Below, piece by piece: positions 35,401-42,936 of a stretch of 44,348 nucleotides of DNA. The notes under the pieces were generated by a model that saw only the letters and a program-made list of their open reading frames with translations, searched no databases and was not told the origin of the DNA. Both the position numbers and the translations under genes were made by a program. The DNA is from Verrucomicrobiota bacterium (lineage in GTDB: Bacteria > Verrucomicrobiota > Verrucomicrobiia > Verrucomicrobiales > Verrucomicrobiaceae): positions 1 through 44,348 of the forward strand of contig JAIOQF010000202.1 in NCBI GenBank assembly GCA_021413535.1, in the 5' to 3' direction. Positions within the stretch are counted from its first letter, which is position 1; the number at the start of each line of letters is the position of its first letter.

Positions 35401-37185
35401 TCCGGCAGCAGCGTCACCATTTCGGGTGTGTTGACGGATTCCACTGGCCCGGGCGGCGGATCGGTGAATGTGAGGATGGGGTCGGCAAAAACGCTGATTC
35501 TCAGTGGCTCCAACACTTACACCGGCAAGACTTCGGTTTCGCCATGGAAAGGCGGCGGCGGTGCCACCTTGAGTGTTTCCTCCTTCAATAGTGTCGTTGG
35601 CGGCACGGCGTCCAGTTGCCTCGGCGCACCCACCACCGTGGCCAATGGCACCATCGATATCGGCAATGCGTCCCAGCAAGTTTCCACTGGCCTGATCTAT
35701 ACTGGCACGGGCGAGACCACGGACCGCGTCCTTAATTTCCCAGGCAACGGGAGTTCCCCAAGCACGATCGATCAAGCGGGCAGCGGCCTGTTAAAATTCA
35801 CCAGCGCCTTTACGAGCAGCAATGCCAAAGAGCTCACTCTCACAGGTGTCGGCAGCGGCGAAATCGCAGGTGCTCTTCCCAACTTCACCAGCATCATCAA
35901 ATCCGGCACAGGCATCTGGACACTGTCCGGCACCAACACCTACACGGGCACGACCATCATCAGTGCCGGCACACTGCAATTCGCCAAGGAAGTCGCCCTC
36001 TACAACAACACTCCGGCAAGCTGGACCAAGACCAACCTTCTGGTCAGCAGTGGCAGCATTCTGGCTCTCAATGTCGGCGGTTCAGGTGAGTTCACCAACA
36101 CTGACGTGACCACGCTCCTAACCAACCTTGGCGGGCTGGGCGCTGCGGTCAGCAACAACGGCCTACGATCCGGATCGAAGATCGCCTTTGATACCACCAA
36201 CGCTTCCGGCGGCATTTTTACCATCGCTGACAATATGGCTAACAGCACCGGCACCGGAGGCGGCGCCATCGGACTCACCAAGCTCGGCACCGGCACTCTT
36301 GCCCTCATCGGCACCAACACCTACACCGGAGCCACCGCCGTCAACGCCGGCAAGCTCCTCATCAACAGCCCCGGCTCCCTTCATGCGAGCAGCATTGTGA
36401 CGATCAATGGCGGCACACTCGGCGGCAGCGGCACCATTAATGGTTCTGTCACCGTGGCAGTGGCAGGAAGCTTGGCCCCGGGAGCATCGGGGGCCGGCAC
36501 CCTCGTCATCGGTGGCGGGCTTAATATCTCCTCGCAGGCTGTCGGCAGCGGCAAGCTGCTCTTCGAGCTAGCCACTCCCGCCACCAGCGACAAAATCGCC
36601 GTCACCGGCACGCTCAACATCGGCAGCGGCTTGCTAGGCTTCAACGACTTCGTCTTCACCAATCTCGGAGGACTTACCGCGGGCACCTACAAGCTCATCA
36701 CCAGCGGCGGCATCAGCGGCTCGCTGGATGGAGCAAATCTAAGCGGTTCTATCGGCGCTTACACTGGCACGCTTCGGATTACCGGCAATGATCTCGAACT
36801 GGTCGTCACCCTTTCCGGCTTCGCCGCCTGGCAGATCGCCAACGGCACCGTCGGCACTTTCAATGCCGATCACGACAACGATGGCGTCTCAAACGGTCTC
36901 GAGTATTTCTTCGGCGGCCCCAATGGCAACACCACCGGCATCACCGCACTGCCCGGCGTCACCAACACCAACGGCACCCTCAGCGTCACTTGGACCATGG
37001 GCGCGGGCTACACCGGCACCTACGGCACCCATTTCGTCGTGGAAACCTCCGATACACTCATCGGCACCTGGACCACCGAAACACTGGGTGGCACCGTGAT
37101 CATCACCGGCAGCAATGTAAAATATACTTTCCCAGCACCGCTCGGCAGTAAGAAGTTCGTCCGCTTGCGGGTCAATCAGCCTTAG
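29464..37185 (+). CDS. giant secreted multidomain surface protein (PDZ-like/helical/HEAT head, Ig/cadherin-like, FN3, PASTA, PATR beta-helix, C-terminal Ca-binding-motif domain)
   Basis: One uninterrupted 7.7-kb ORF (2573 aa from ATG 29464; a GTG lies at 29461) with a signal-like N-terminus. It has a PASTA signature at aa 1374-1436. At least five autotransporter-associated beta-strand repeat units are present (GTLTLSGTNTYSGGTVISGGT and similar). Two cadherin-like modules end in ...TGSDSFNFQVTDSEG and ...IGTDSFTFKANDG. A DHDNDGVSNGLEY motif lies near the C-terminus. Confidence 0.9.
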   Translation: MTKNTRHSIKLHLRQLVLVLILFFTELTPLLAVPPDLTAGGVPNDSITINLGPTGLRGWVYHVSVDTSASRQIQVKVVDAGSPAAGLLAVDDVILGADGTGAAPVNFSSDARKSLAMAIADAEARSPATLKLLRWQAGATNVVTLTLRTMGAYSTTAPYNCPKSAQILEEGLQYIMASETKGSYSFGTLALLAGNNPANPLNAARQARAQTEARALIPTAAVMATLSSSDPFTSGASPWQRGHELIVLTEYYLKTGDALVLPAIDAISKCIAAGTNVFGTAGHVFAPKWRDGSPNGPLRQGYGAVNSASMPGFLGLLLTKECGVTGPTLDPAITRASRFFAYFAGKGVIPYGEHEPAWQGHENNGKSGLAALCFELQGNRVSEQKFNAKLATAATSEREIGHTGAFFNYLWSPLGAAVGGEQAAASYFSRASWMFDLSRKWNGSFVYDCLYGEGPLNGATYNDFRMSTATLLTYALPLRQLHITGRGHNPSHWLTTTDVSDAEAADGYKATSRSTSQLVADLGSWSPMVQRSAANELGTRTTETTALLPSLHALANDSQGTSRIGACYALGKIASSSSAPVLAALLTDPVNHVRFAAAESLRGFSDVAKMAQLNTILSATVSTAAPLLPFNEEDPMHMAHGRLGVLLFNSTDGVLRSSVAGADRSLLYPAIRAVAQNPIGYVRSTLSTTYKNLNQADFLALADAVVYSAYELTPADKMFSGGDRKAALDVLETYHAAEGPPLSALTIQDEVGFNDEALAVLLRYAGGSSTVKPDPGVVAACKFLLRYGINPTEAQQILDAIAADPNHATLPPLKSIQSVVAGAASLTLPAKWTTLSVTSNDYAKGDSVYTWRKVNGAGNVTFVPNGTGAAKTTTAYFDGAPGQYLFEVKMSDSKNLTEVYSTVAVTLYNSGGTLSPNNPPTANAQSPTVPQAMPTPIILTGSDPENYALTYAVTSQPAHGTLTGTAPYLTYTPAFDYTGSDSFNFQVTDSEGQTSSAAVSITVGVGSGVPVAIYEPFDYATGSLNGKGGSTETGLTGTWFSTSAVTQIASGSLTYGSLPVSGNSFGVSASANNFGGSRSFSTSALAANGLLNDGATLWFSIVVGYGTGGNLTNSRLAFALANSRFSTGNFQYYIVNEGAQLGSGLGVTLGRFDYRGGAGNGYVVATQFRDSTFGTSGFSGNVFGNVPRSTLDSGEQRLVVGKITWGAASDTIELYEPDTDLSLGSPTSTLTVNVNQSAYDTLTFALGDRVTLDEIRFGSNYYSVLAGTVAMTADTTPPTPNPFSFATLPTVIPGSSITMTAATAYDPNGVEYYFTCTSGSGHDSGWQNGTTYTDTGLTPGVTYSYTVKTRDLSPARNEGTVSAAASAVISTVVTVPDVAGMIQSSAESILTSVGLTVGTVQNSFSPTVPVGSIISQSPGGGQTTARGTVVDLALSAFDNTPPTLTGSDIVDDKSGGPVLVNTLVIYTVSFSEDMDASTVSAADFSNTGSSAITIDTVTETSPGVFTVPVTPTSVGTLQLQVNANADLTDAGGNALITTSAIVDNTIITVIPVNSPPVAATQSVTIAKDTAKAITLVATDMNNDPLTYSIISQPTHGTLSGSAPNVTYKPGTNFIGTDSFTFKANDGVNDSAEATVSLAVTPLVFTWNSAIAGDWSDNTKWAASSVSPSSIGHEGYVLNFNVAGTYTATNNLNAGFLLNQINFGGSTATIAGSGLALIVNGSTLPRINQNASSAVIISVPLNLISDTTVGGSGTGAMTFSDVVSGAGSLSKTAPGTLTLSGTNTYSGGTVISGGTVALASGVTGAISTGPVTINSGGILTVNSTALNRALTLNGGTLKLTAGTTDTVSGTIAVEANSTVDFGNTNQAISTISSSMSGVGGLTKTSAGQLRFISSSINYSGPTVVNAGTLQVQQSLYGNDSSKWTPANITLASGAMLILNVGGASDFTPAQATTLFNNISTNVNNNGLRAGSTIAFDISNASGSSVTISGVLTDSTGPGGGSVNVRMGSAKTLILSGSNTYTGKTSVSPWKGGGGATLSVSSFNSVVGGTASSCLGAPTTVANGTIDIGNASQQVSTGLIYTGTGETTDRVLNFPGNGSSPSTIDQAGSGLLKFTSAFTSSNAKELTLTGVGSGEIAGALPNFTSIIKSGTGIWTLSGTNTYTGTTIISAGTLQFAKEVALYNNTPASWTKTNLLVSSGSILALNVGGSGEFTNTDVTTLLTNLGGLGAAVSNNGLRSGSKIAFDTTNASGGIFTIADNMANSTGTGGGAIGLTKLGTGTLALIGTNTYTGATAVNAGKLLINSPGSLHASSIVTINGGTLGGSGTINGSVTVAVAGSLAPGASGAGTLVIGGGLNISSQAVGSGKLLFELATPATSDKIAVTGTLNIGSGLLGFNDFVFTNLGGLTAGTYKLITSGGISGSLDGANLSGSIGAYTGTLRITGNDLELVVTLSGFAAWQIANGTVGTFNADHDNDGVSNGLEYFFGGPNGNTTGITALPGVTNTNGTLSVTWTMGAGYTGTYGTHFVVETSDTLIGTWTTETLGGTVIITGSNVKYTFPAPLGSKKFVRLRVNQP

Positions 37186-37292
37186 ACCGCGATTTTTTAA
37201 CAAGCTGTAGGCCGCATGAGGACACACGGCTTACTTGCACAATTCATCTCGCGGGACAGACCGGGTTGGGCTAGATCACGCACTCCCACAAC

Positions 37293-39255
37293 ATGCCCCG
37301 CGATTACGCCCTTCAACCTTCCGCAAGCGCAGCTCATCGGATCGACTTTCGCGCGGAACTAAATGACCAACAGTTCGCGGCAGTCACAGCACCACCGGGG
37401 CAATCACTCGTGATCGCAGGAGCGGGCAGCGGGAAGACCCGAACACTGACTTATCGCGTGGCCTTTTTGCTCGACAACGGCATCGCTCCGGAAAACATCC
37501 TGCTGCTGACCTTCACCAACAAGGCGGCGCGGGAGATGCTGGACCGGGTGCAGTCACTGTTGCCGGTGGAAACCACGCGCCTTTGTGGTGGGACATTTCA
37601 CTCGATCGGAAATCGCATTCTGCGACAGCATGCGGAACGCGTCGATCTGCGAAAAGGTTTTTCGATCATGGATCGCGAGGATCAAAAAGATCTGTTGGAC
37701 ACAGTGTTGACGACGAGCGGACTGGACACGACGCAGCATCGCTTTCCCAAACCGGAAGTGCTGGGCGAGATTTTCTCACTGGCAGATAATACGGGCGACG
37801 GGATCAAGAAAGTTGTCGCGGAGCGGTATCCTTATTTCGAGCCGGTGCTGGAAGGCATCCTCGAAATGCGCGCGCTCTACACCGCGAAGAAGTTGGAAAC
37901 GAACAATGTGGATTTCGATGACCTGCTGTTGCTGACCCTGCGGTTATTTCAGCAGAACGATGATCTCCGCGAACGCTATCAGCGGCAGTTTCAGTTCATT
38001 CTGGTGGACGAGTATCAGGACACCAACACGCTGCAAAGTGAACTGGTCGAACTGCTCGCGGGTCCGAAGGGCAATCTCATGGTGGTCGGGGACGATGCGC
38101 AAAGCATCTACTCCTGGCGCGGCGCGAATCTGAAGAACATCTTAGAATTCCCGAAACGGTTTCCCCAGGCGAAAGTCTATAAAATCGAGGTCAACTACCG
38201 GAGCGTTCCCGAGGTGTTGACACTGGCCAATGCTGCCATCGCGGTGAATCACAGTCAGTTCACCAAGGCACTCCGGCCTGAGCGCGCAGGGAAGGGGGTT
38301 CTGCCCGCGCTGGTGCCGTTGGACAGCCCGTCTGCGCAGGCTTCCTTCGTGGCCCAGCGCATCCTGGAACTGCGCGATGAGGGCGTGGACTTGAACGAAA
38401 TCGCGGTGATTTACCGGGCGCATTTTCATTCGTTGGAAATTCAGATGGAACTGACCAATCGCGGAATTCCGTTCGCCATTACCAGCGGCTTGCGTTTCTT
38501 CGAGCAGGCCCATGTGAAAGATGTGGCGGCATTTATGAAGTTTGCCCTGAATCGCAGTGATGAACTTGCTTTTATGCGGCTGGTGCGGCTGGTGCCCGGC
38601 ATTGGCAATGTGAGCGCGGCCAGGCTCTGGGATGGATGGATGAAGTCGGAAGGATCACGCGGTGATGCTTTGAGTGGAAGTTTCTCCGATCATTTGCTGA
38701 AACTTAAAGTGCCGGGCAAGGCGGAGAAAGTGTGGGCGCAAACTTGCTATACGCTCGATGAACTGCTCGATGCTGCAGGAAGACCGCAGCCGCCAGCGGC
38801 CATGATCCGCAGCATCATAGGATTTGGAGCAGCTCGATAACTATTCCGCACGCTTCAATGACACCGGGGAATTTCTCACCCAGCTCGCACTGGTCAGCGG
38901 CGTGGATACGGATGAACGGCCCGACAGCGACGCGCAAGATCGGGAGAGCGTGACCCTGACCACGGCGCATCAGGCGAAGGGTCTGGAGTGGGGTGCGGTC
39001 TTTGCCGTGTGGCTGGCAGAGGGGATGTTCCCAAACAAACGAGTGCTGGAAAGCGGTGGCGAGGAAGGATTGGAGGAAGAACGGCGCCTGTTTTACGTCA
39101 CCGTGACCCGCGCCAAGGACGAATTGTATCTCACTTATCCCACTATGTTCTTCCAAGCTCGAGATGGGAATGTGCTTCAGCGCCCCTCGCGCTTTATCGC
39201 GGATCTGCCAGTGGACTTGATGGAAATGTGGAACGTGCGTAGCGTGTTCGCGTGA
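37293..39255 (+). pseudogene. UvrD/PcrA/Rep-family DNA helicase split by a frameshift (two ORFs: 37293..38840 and 38824..39255)
   Basis: The first ORF carries motifs I-IV: AGAGSGKT, FTNKAAREM, VDEYQDTN, VGDDAQSIYSWRGA, NYRS. The second, in the +1 frame, carries motifs V-VI: TLTTAHQAKGLEW, RRLFYVTVTRAKDELYL. This could be a true pseudogene or a 1-nt sequence error. Confidence 0.8.
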
Positions 39256-40283
39256 GTGAGTCGAATAAGGCCAAGCGCAGAACTTGGGGCGGATGCCTCG
39301 TGCGGCTCTTGCTGCTGGGAGTATTGACCGGATTGATTATTTTCCTGGTGGTGGATCATTTTTGCAACCTGCGCAGCAACATCATCAGCTTCGCTTTCCG
39401 TAAGTCTACGCAACCGATGGAAGTTAAAATTAGCGGAAATAAGTGGAAGCGACTGGCGGACATCACGCAGTCGGAGATGGAACATGCACTGGCAAGTCAA
39501 GGAGAAGGGGATGGTGTCATGTGGCGGTCGCTTTATGTCCGGCGACAAGCAGACAATATTTACCAGCGCATCGCGCAGTTGTTGTTTGAATCCAAGGTGA
39601 ATGTCATCGAGTTCACATCGGGACGCTTTGATTTCCTCACGAGTTTCCGGGAGCACTTCGATGTGACCACCGCCGACGAGCGAGCCACGACCGATGATCT
39701 GGCCTTTGCCATCACCGCGAACTTTCGCGATCCCAAAGGCAAGCCGCTGGGACTGGTGGTTCACGAGGGCAAGCAGTGCAACGCCTCGTTCCCTGCTTGG
39801 ACGGGATATTTTTTCGTCAAAGATGGAAAGCCATGGTTCGGACCAAAGACGCTGTTCCAGGAAACGCCAGGCATTCTCACCGAGGCCACGCAGGGCTATC
39901 CCTCGCTGATGAAAAATCATACCGTTTTTTCTTATGTCGATCTGGCGCCGGACAAATATTTCGATGGCGAGAAAATCACATATCGCGCGCTGGCCGGGAC
40001 GCGGCAAAACGGCACCGTCGTTTTCATCGTCTCGGGCAATGGCGGCATCATGAACGTGACCGAAGTCGCGGCGCTCGCCCAGAAGCTCAACGTGCAGCAT
40101 GCCACGCTGCTGGATGGCGGTCGCGCGCTGCAATACACCTTGCGCACCAGCAGCGGGAGACTGGACTTCGCGGCCTTCAACACCACGCTGAATCTTCCCT
40201 GGAAATTCTTGGAGCGGCAGCGATCTCCGGTCTTTATCGGTGCACGGTTGAGTCACAGCGAAACGCCGGAAATCACTCGCTGA
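39252..40283 (+). CDS. membrane-anchored phosphodiester glycosidase family protein (DUF2233/NAGPA-like)
   Basis: TM helix LVRLLLLGVLTGLIIFLVV. The body has ANFRDPKGKPLGLVVHEGK, YRALAGTRQNGTVVFIVS and ATLLDGGRA, typical of that family. The GTG start overlaps the helicase stop (GTGA). Confidence 0.7.
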   Translation: MSESNKAKRRTWGGCLVRLLLLGVLTGLIIFLVVDHFCNLRSNIISFAFRKSTQPMEVKISGNKWKRLADITQSEMEHALASQGEGDGVMWRSLYVRRQADNIYQRIAQLLFESKVNVIEFTSGRFDFLTSFREHFDVTTADERATTDDLAFAITANFRDPKGKPLGLVVHEGKQCNASFPAWTGYFFVKDGKPWFGPKTLFQETPGILTEATQGYPSLMKNHTVFSYVDLAPDKYFDGEKITYRALAGTRQNGTVVFIVSGNGGIMNVTEVAALAQKLNVQHATLLDGGRALQYTLRTSSGRLDFAAFNTTLNLPWKFLERQRSPVFIGARLSHSETPEITR

Positions 40284-40334
40284 TGGAAAAATTCTCTTTG
40301 CCTCCTGACGGCGCATGCTAGAACTCCACTTGGA

Positions 40335-40736
40335 ATGCGACAGATGGACATCGAACTGATTTTGATGCGGCAGCTTGCCAGTTGTCTGGCCATGCCTGTG
40401 TTTCTGGTCGATCCCACCGGCAACCTGGTATATTACAATGAACCCGCCGAGAAAATTTTAGGGCGACGCTTCGAGGAATCTGGCCCAATGCAAATACAAG
40501 AACTGGCCACGATTTTTCAAACGTTTGATGAAACAGGAATCTCCATTGCTTCGCAAGACCTGCCCTTGTCCCTCGCCCTAAGTCAGCACAAGCCGGCTCA
40601 CAAACGCATTTGGATTCGCGGACTGGATGGACGCAAGCGCCAGATCGAAGTCACCGCCATACCGATCATCGGACAGCAGAAACAAGTGGCTGGTGCCGCC
40701 GCGATATTTTGGGAAATCAAGGAGCCAAAGAAATGA
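40335..40736 (+). CDS. stand-alone PAS-domain protein
   Basis: 133 aa: PVFLVDPTGNLVYYNEPAEKILGRRFEE...KRQIEVTAIPIIGQQKQVAGAAAIFWEI has the PAS-fold pattern. No output domain. Confidence 0.65.
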   Translation: MRQMDIELILMRQLASCLAMPVFLVDPTGNLVYYNEPAEKILGRRFEESGPMQIQELATIFQTFDETGISIASQDLPLSLALSQHKPAHKRIWIRGLDGRKRQIEVTAIPIIGQQKQVAGAAAIFWEIKEPKK

Positions 40737-41578
40737 ATGTCACTTTCTGGGGAACGCGCGGATCGCTGGCGACCCCAGGGCGGGCGACGCTCCGCTACGG
40801 TGGGAATACTTCTTGTGTCCAAATCATGGGGCCGCAAGGCACGGTGCTGGTGCTGGATGCGGGCACGGGCATTCGTGAACTTGGCACCAACCTGCCGCCC
40901 GGATTAAAGCGCGTGGATGTGCTGCTCTCGCATCTGCACATGGATCACATTCAGGGGCTGGGATTTTTTGCCGCGCTCTACAACCCGGACATGGAAGTTC
41001 ACATCTGGGGGCCCGCCAGTGTCACCCTGCGCCTGACTGCGCGATTAAATCGCTATCTTTCGCCGCCGCTGTTTCCCGTTCATATGCGGGATCTGCCATG
41101 TAAATTGTTCGTGCACGATGCCTCACGGATGGATGAGGAAATCGGAGAGTTCAGGGTGAAGTCAGTGTTGGTCTGTCATCCTGGGCCGACGGTTGGATTT
41201 CGTATTGAAGGTGCCGCAGGTTCGGTTTGTTATCTGCCCGATCATGAACCGATTCTCGGCGCAGAGAAGTTTGTCAACGAACCCGCTTGGGTTTCGGGCA
41301 TGACCGTGGCCAACGGCGCGGACATGCTCATTCATGATTCGCAATACACCGATGATGAATACCGCGCACGAATCGGCTGGGGTCACTCGTCCATGCGACA
41401 GGCGATTCAGTTTGCCAATCTGGCCGGGATTGGAAGTCTGGTGGCCTTCCATCACGATCCGCTCCACCATGATGAACTGCTCGAACAGATGCATCGCAGC
41501 GTGATCGGGGAGATGGCGCCAGATTATCCAGTGACTGTCGCCAGTGAGGGTTCTTCCTTGAAGGTGATTCATCGCTAA
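40733..41578 (+). CDS. MBL-fold metallo-hydrolase
   Basis: MNVTFWGTRGS, LVLDAGTG, SHLHMDHIQG (H-x-H-x-D-H), CHPGPTVG, LIHDSQY and AFHHDP. The ATG at 40733 overlaps the PAS gene stop (ATGA). Confidence 0.85.
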   Translation: MNVTFWGTRGSLATPGRATLRYGGNTSCVQIMGPQGTVLVLDAGTGIRELGTNLPPGLKRVDVLLSHLHMDHIQGLGFFAALYNPDMEVHIWGPASVTLRLTARLNRYLSPPLFPVHMRDLPCKLFVHDASRMDEEIGEFRVKSVLVCHPGPTVGFRIEGAAGSVCYLPDHEPILGAEKFVNEPAWVSGMTVANGADMLIHDSQYTDDEYRARIGWGHSSMRQAIQFANLAGIGSLVAFHHDPLHHDELLEQMHRSVIGEMAPDYPVTVASEGSSLKVIHR

Positions 41579-41894
41579 AACGCACGATCCGGCAAGCGAG
41601 AAGCAAGAGATGGCTTGCAGGTGACTTGCGAAACGTAGAGACTGGTCTCGAACAACATCGCAACATCATGGCAAAATCCCCTCCAAAAACAAAAGTCCCC
41701 ACTCCGAGCGTCAGCCACACTGACGAAATCCGGTCCACGAGCCACCGGGTGATGGGCTCGCGTCAGTCAGAGAGAAAAATCGAACGCTCCGACCAACGCC
41801 GTGAGACCAAGCGCGGCCACGGCAGCCAGCGCAAGAAGGGTGACTGACTAGTCACGCTGGAATTATTTTTTTAACGAACTAGCATGGTCGGAGC

Positions 41895-42524
41895 ATGGGC
41901 CGACCAACATTGCGCTATGAACTGGAGTGGAAAAATCAGGGGCACCTTCTGATTGCCGGCATAGATGAAGCCGGGCGCGGACCACTGGCCGGACCAGTTT
42001 GTGCCGCGGCGGTGATGTTGCCCGATGGATTTGAACATGATTCTTTGAACGATTCCAAGCAGCTCAGCGAAGGCAAAAGGGAACGAATTTACGAAGAGAT
42101 CACGGTCATGCCGGAGCTGATGTGGAGCGTGGCCATGATTCATGCGGAGGAGATTGACCGGATCAATATCCTGCGCGCCACTCATGCAGCGATGGCTCAA
42201 GCCGTCTTGGCGCTGGTGCCCGCTCCGAATTTTGTTCTGATCGACGGCAGGCCTGTTCCGGGATTCCCGTTGCCGAGTCAGGCCTTGGTAAAAGGTGACT
42301 CGCTCAGCCTTTCGATTGCAGCGGCCAGTGTCATCGCCAAGGTGACACGTGATCGATTCATGATCGCTGCGGCAAGAAAATATTCAGCATATGGCTTCGA
42401 AACCCACAAAGGCTACGGGACTCGTGGACACCTGGCGGCGCTACGCCAGCACGGCCCTTGCCCGTTGCACCGCCGTTCTTTCGAACCCGTCTATCAACTC
42501 ACGCTTGCGATTGACGAAGCGTGA
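41895..42524 (+). CDS. rnhB: ribonuclease HII
   Basis: IAGIDEAGRGPLAGPV, DSKQLS, and the ILIDG-like segment VLIDGRP, KGDSLSLSIAAASVIAKV. Confidence 0.95.
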   Translation: MGRPTLRYELEWKNQGHLLIAGIDEAGRGPLAGPVCAAAVMLPDGFEHDSLNDSKQLSEGKRERIYEEITVMPELMWSVAMIHAEEIDRINILRATHAAMAQAVLALVPAPNFVLIDGRPVPGFPLPSQALVKGDSLSLSIAAASVIAKVTRDRFMIAAARKYSAYGFETHKGYGTRGHLAALRQHGPCPLHRRSFEPVYQLTLAIDEA

Positions 42525-42900
42525 CGGCACGCGGGTCGACAAGGATACGATAGGTCGTTGGGGCGAACATCTGGCCGCGCGATGGCTGCGGTGGAATGGG
42601 CGCAAGGTGTTGTATCATAACTACCGGGCGCCCCAAGGTGGCGAGGTGGACATTGTGGCCCGCCACGGTGACACACTGACTTTTGTCGAGGTGAAGACGC
42701 GCACCAGTGATGCACTCGGCAGGCCGGGTGAAGCCGTGACTGCGGCCAAGGAGAAACTTATTCTACGCGGCGCGAACGCTTGGCTAAAGTTGCTGCATCA
42801 GCCCAACGTGAAGACTCGCTGCGATGTCATTGAGATCGTGCTCCGCGACGGCGAACGGGCGGATATCCAGATTATCGAAGGCGCTTTCCGGCTGGATTAA
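42511..42900 (+). CDS. yraN: YraN-family (UPF0102) endonuclease-like protein
   Basis: GRWGEHLAARWLRWNGRKVLYHNYRAPQGGEVDIVARHGDTLTFVEVKTRT is the family signature. It occupies the conserved position after rnhB. There is no in-frame ATG after rnhB, so a TTG at 42511 is proposed; the start is uncertain. Confidence 0.75.
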   Translation: MTKRDGTRVDKDTIGRWGEHLAARWLRWNGRKVLYHNYRAPQGGEVDIVARHGDTLTFVEVKTRTSDALGRPGEAVTAAKEKLILRGANAWLKLLHQPNVKTRCDVIEIVLRDGERADIQIIEGAFRLD

Positions 42901-42936
42901 TCACGACGTCGTTGAGGGGGCGTCAGCAAAGTCCGA

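Noticed and set aside
36814-37185. PEP-CTERM, LPXTG, T9SS C-terminal domain or autotransporter barrel at the end of the giant protein
   Set aside because: The tail ends ...KKFVRLRVNQP. There is no PEP motif plus TM helix plus Arg cluster, no LPXTG, and far too few residues for a 12-strand barrel.
37293-39255. UvrD-type helicase as part of an anti-phage defence system (Gabija-like or similar)
   Set aside because: It has a full set of PcrA/UvrD housekeeping motifs. No nuclease or ATPase partner typical of known defence systems is adjacent. The surrounding genes are housekeeping (mdh, rnhB, yraN).
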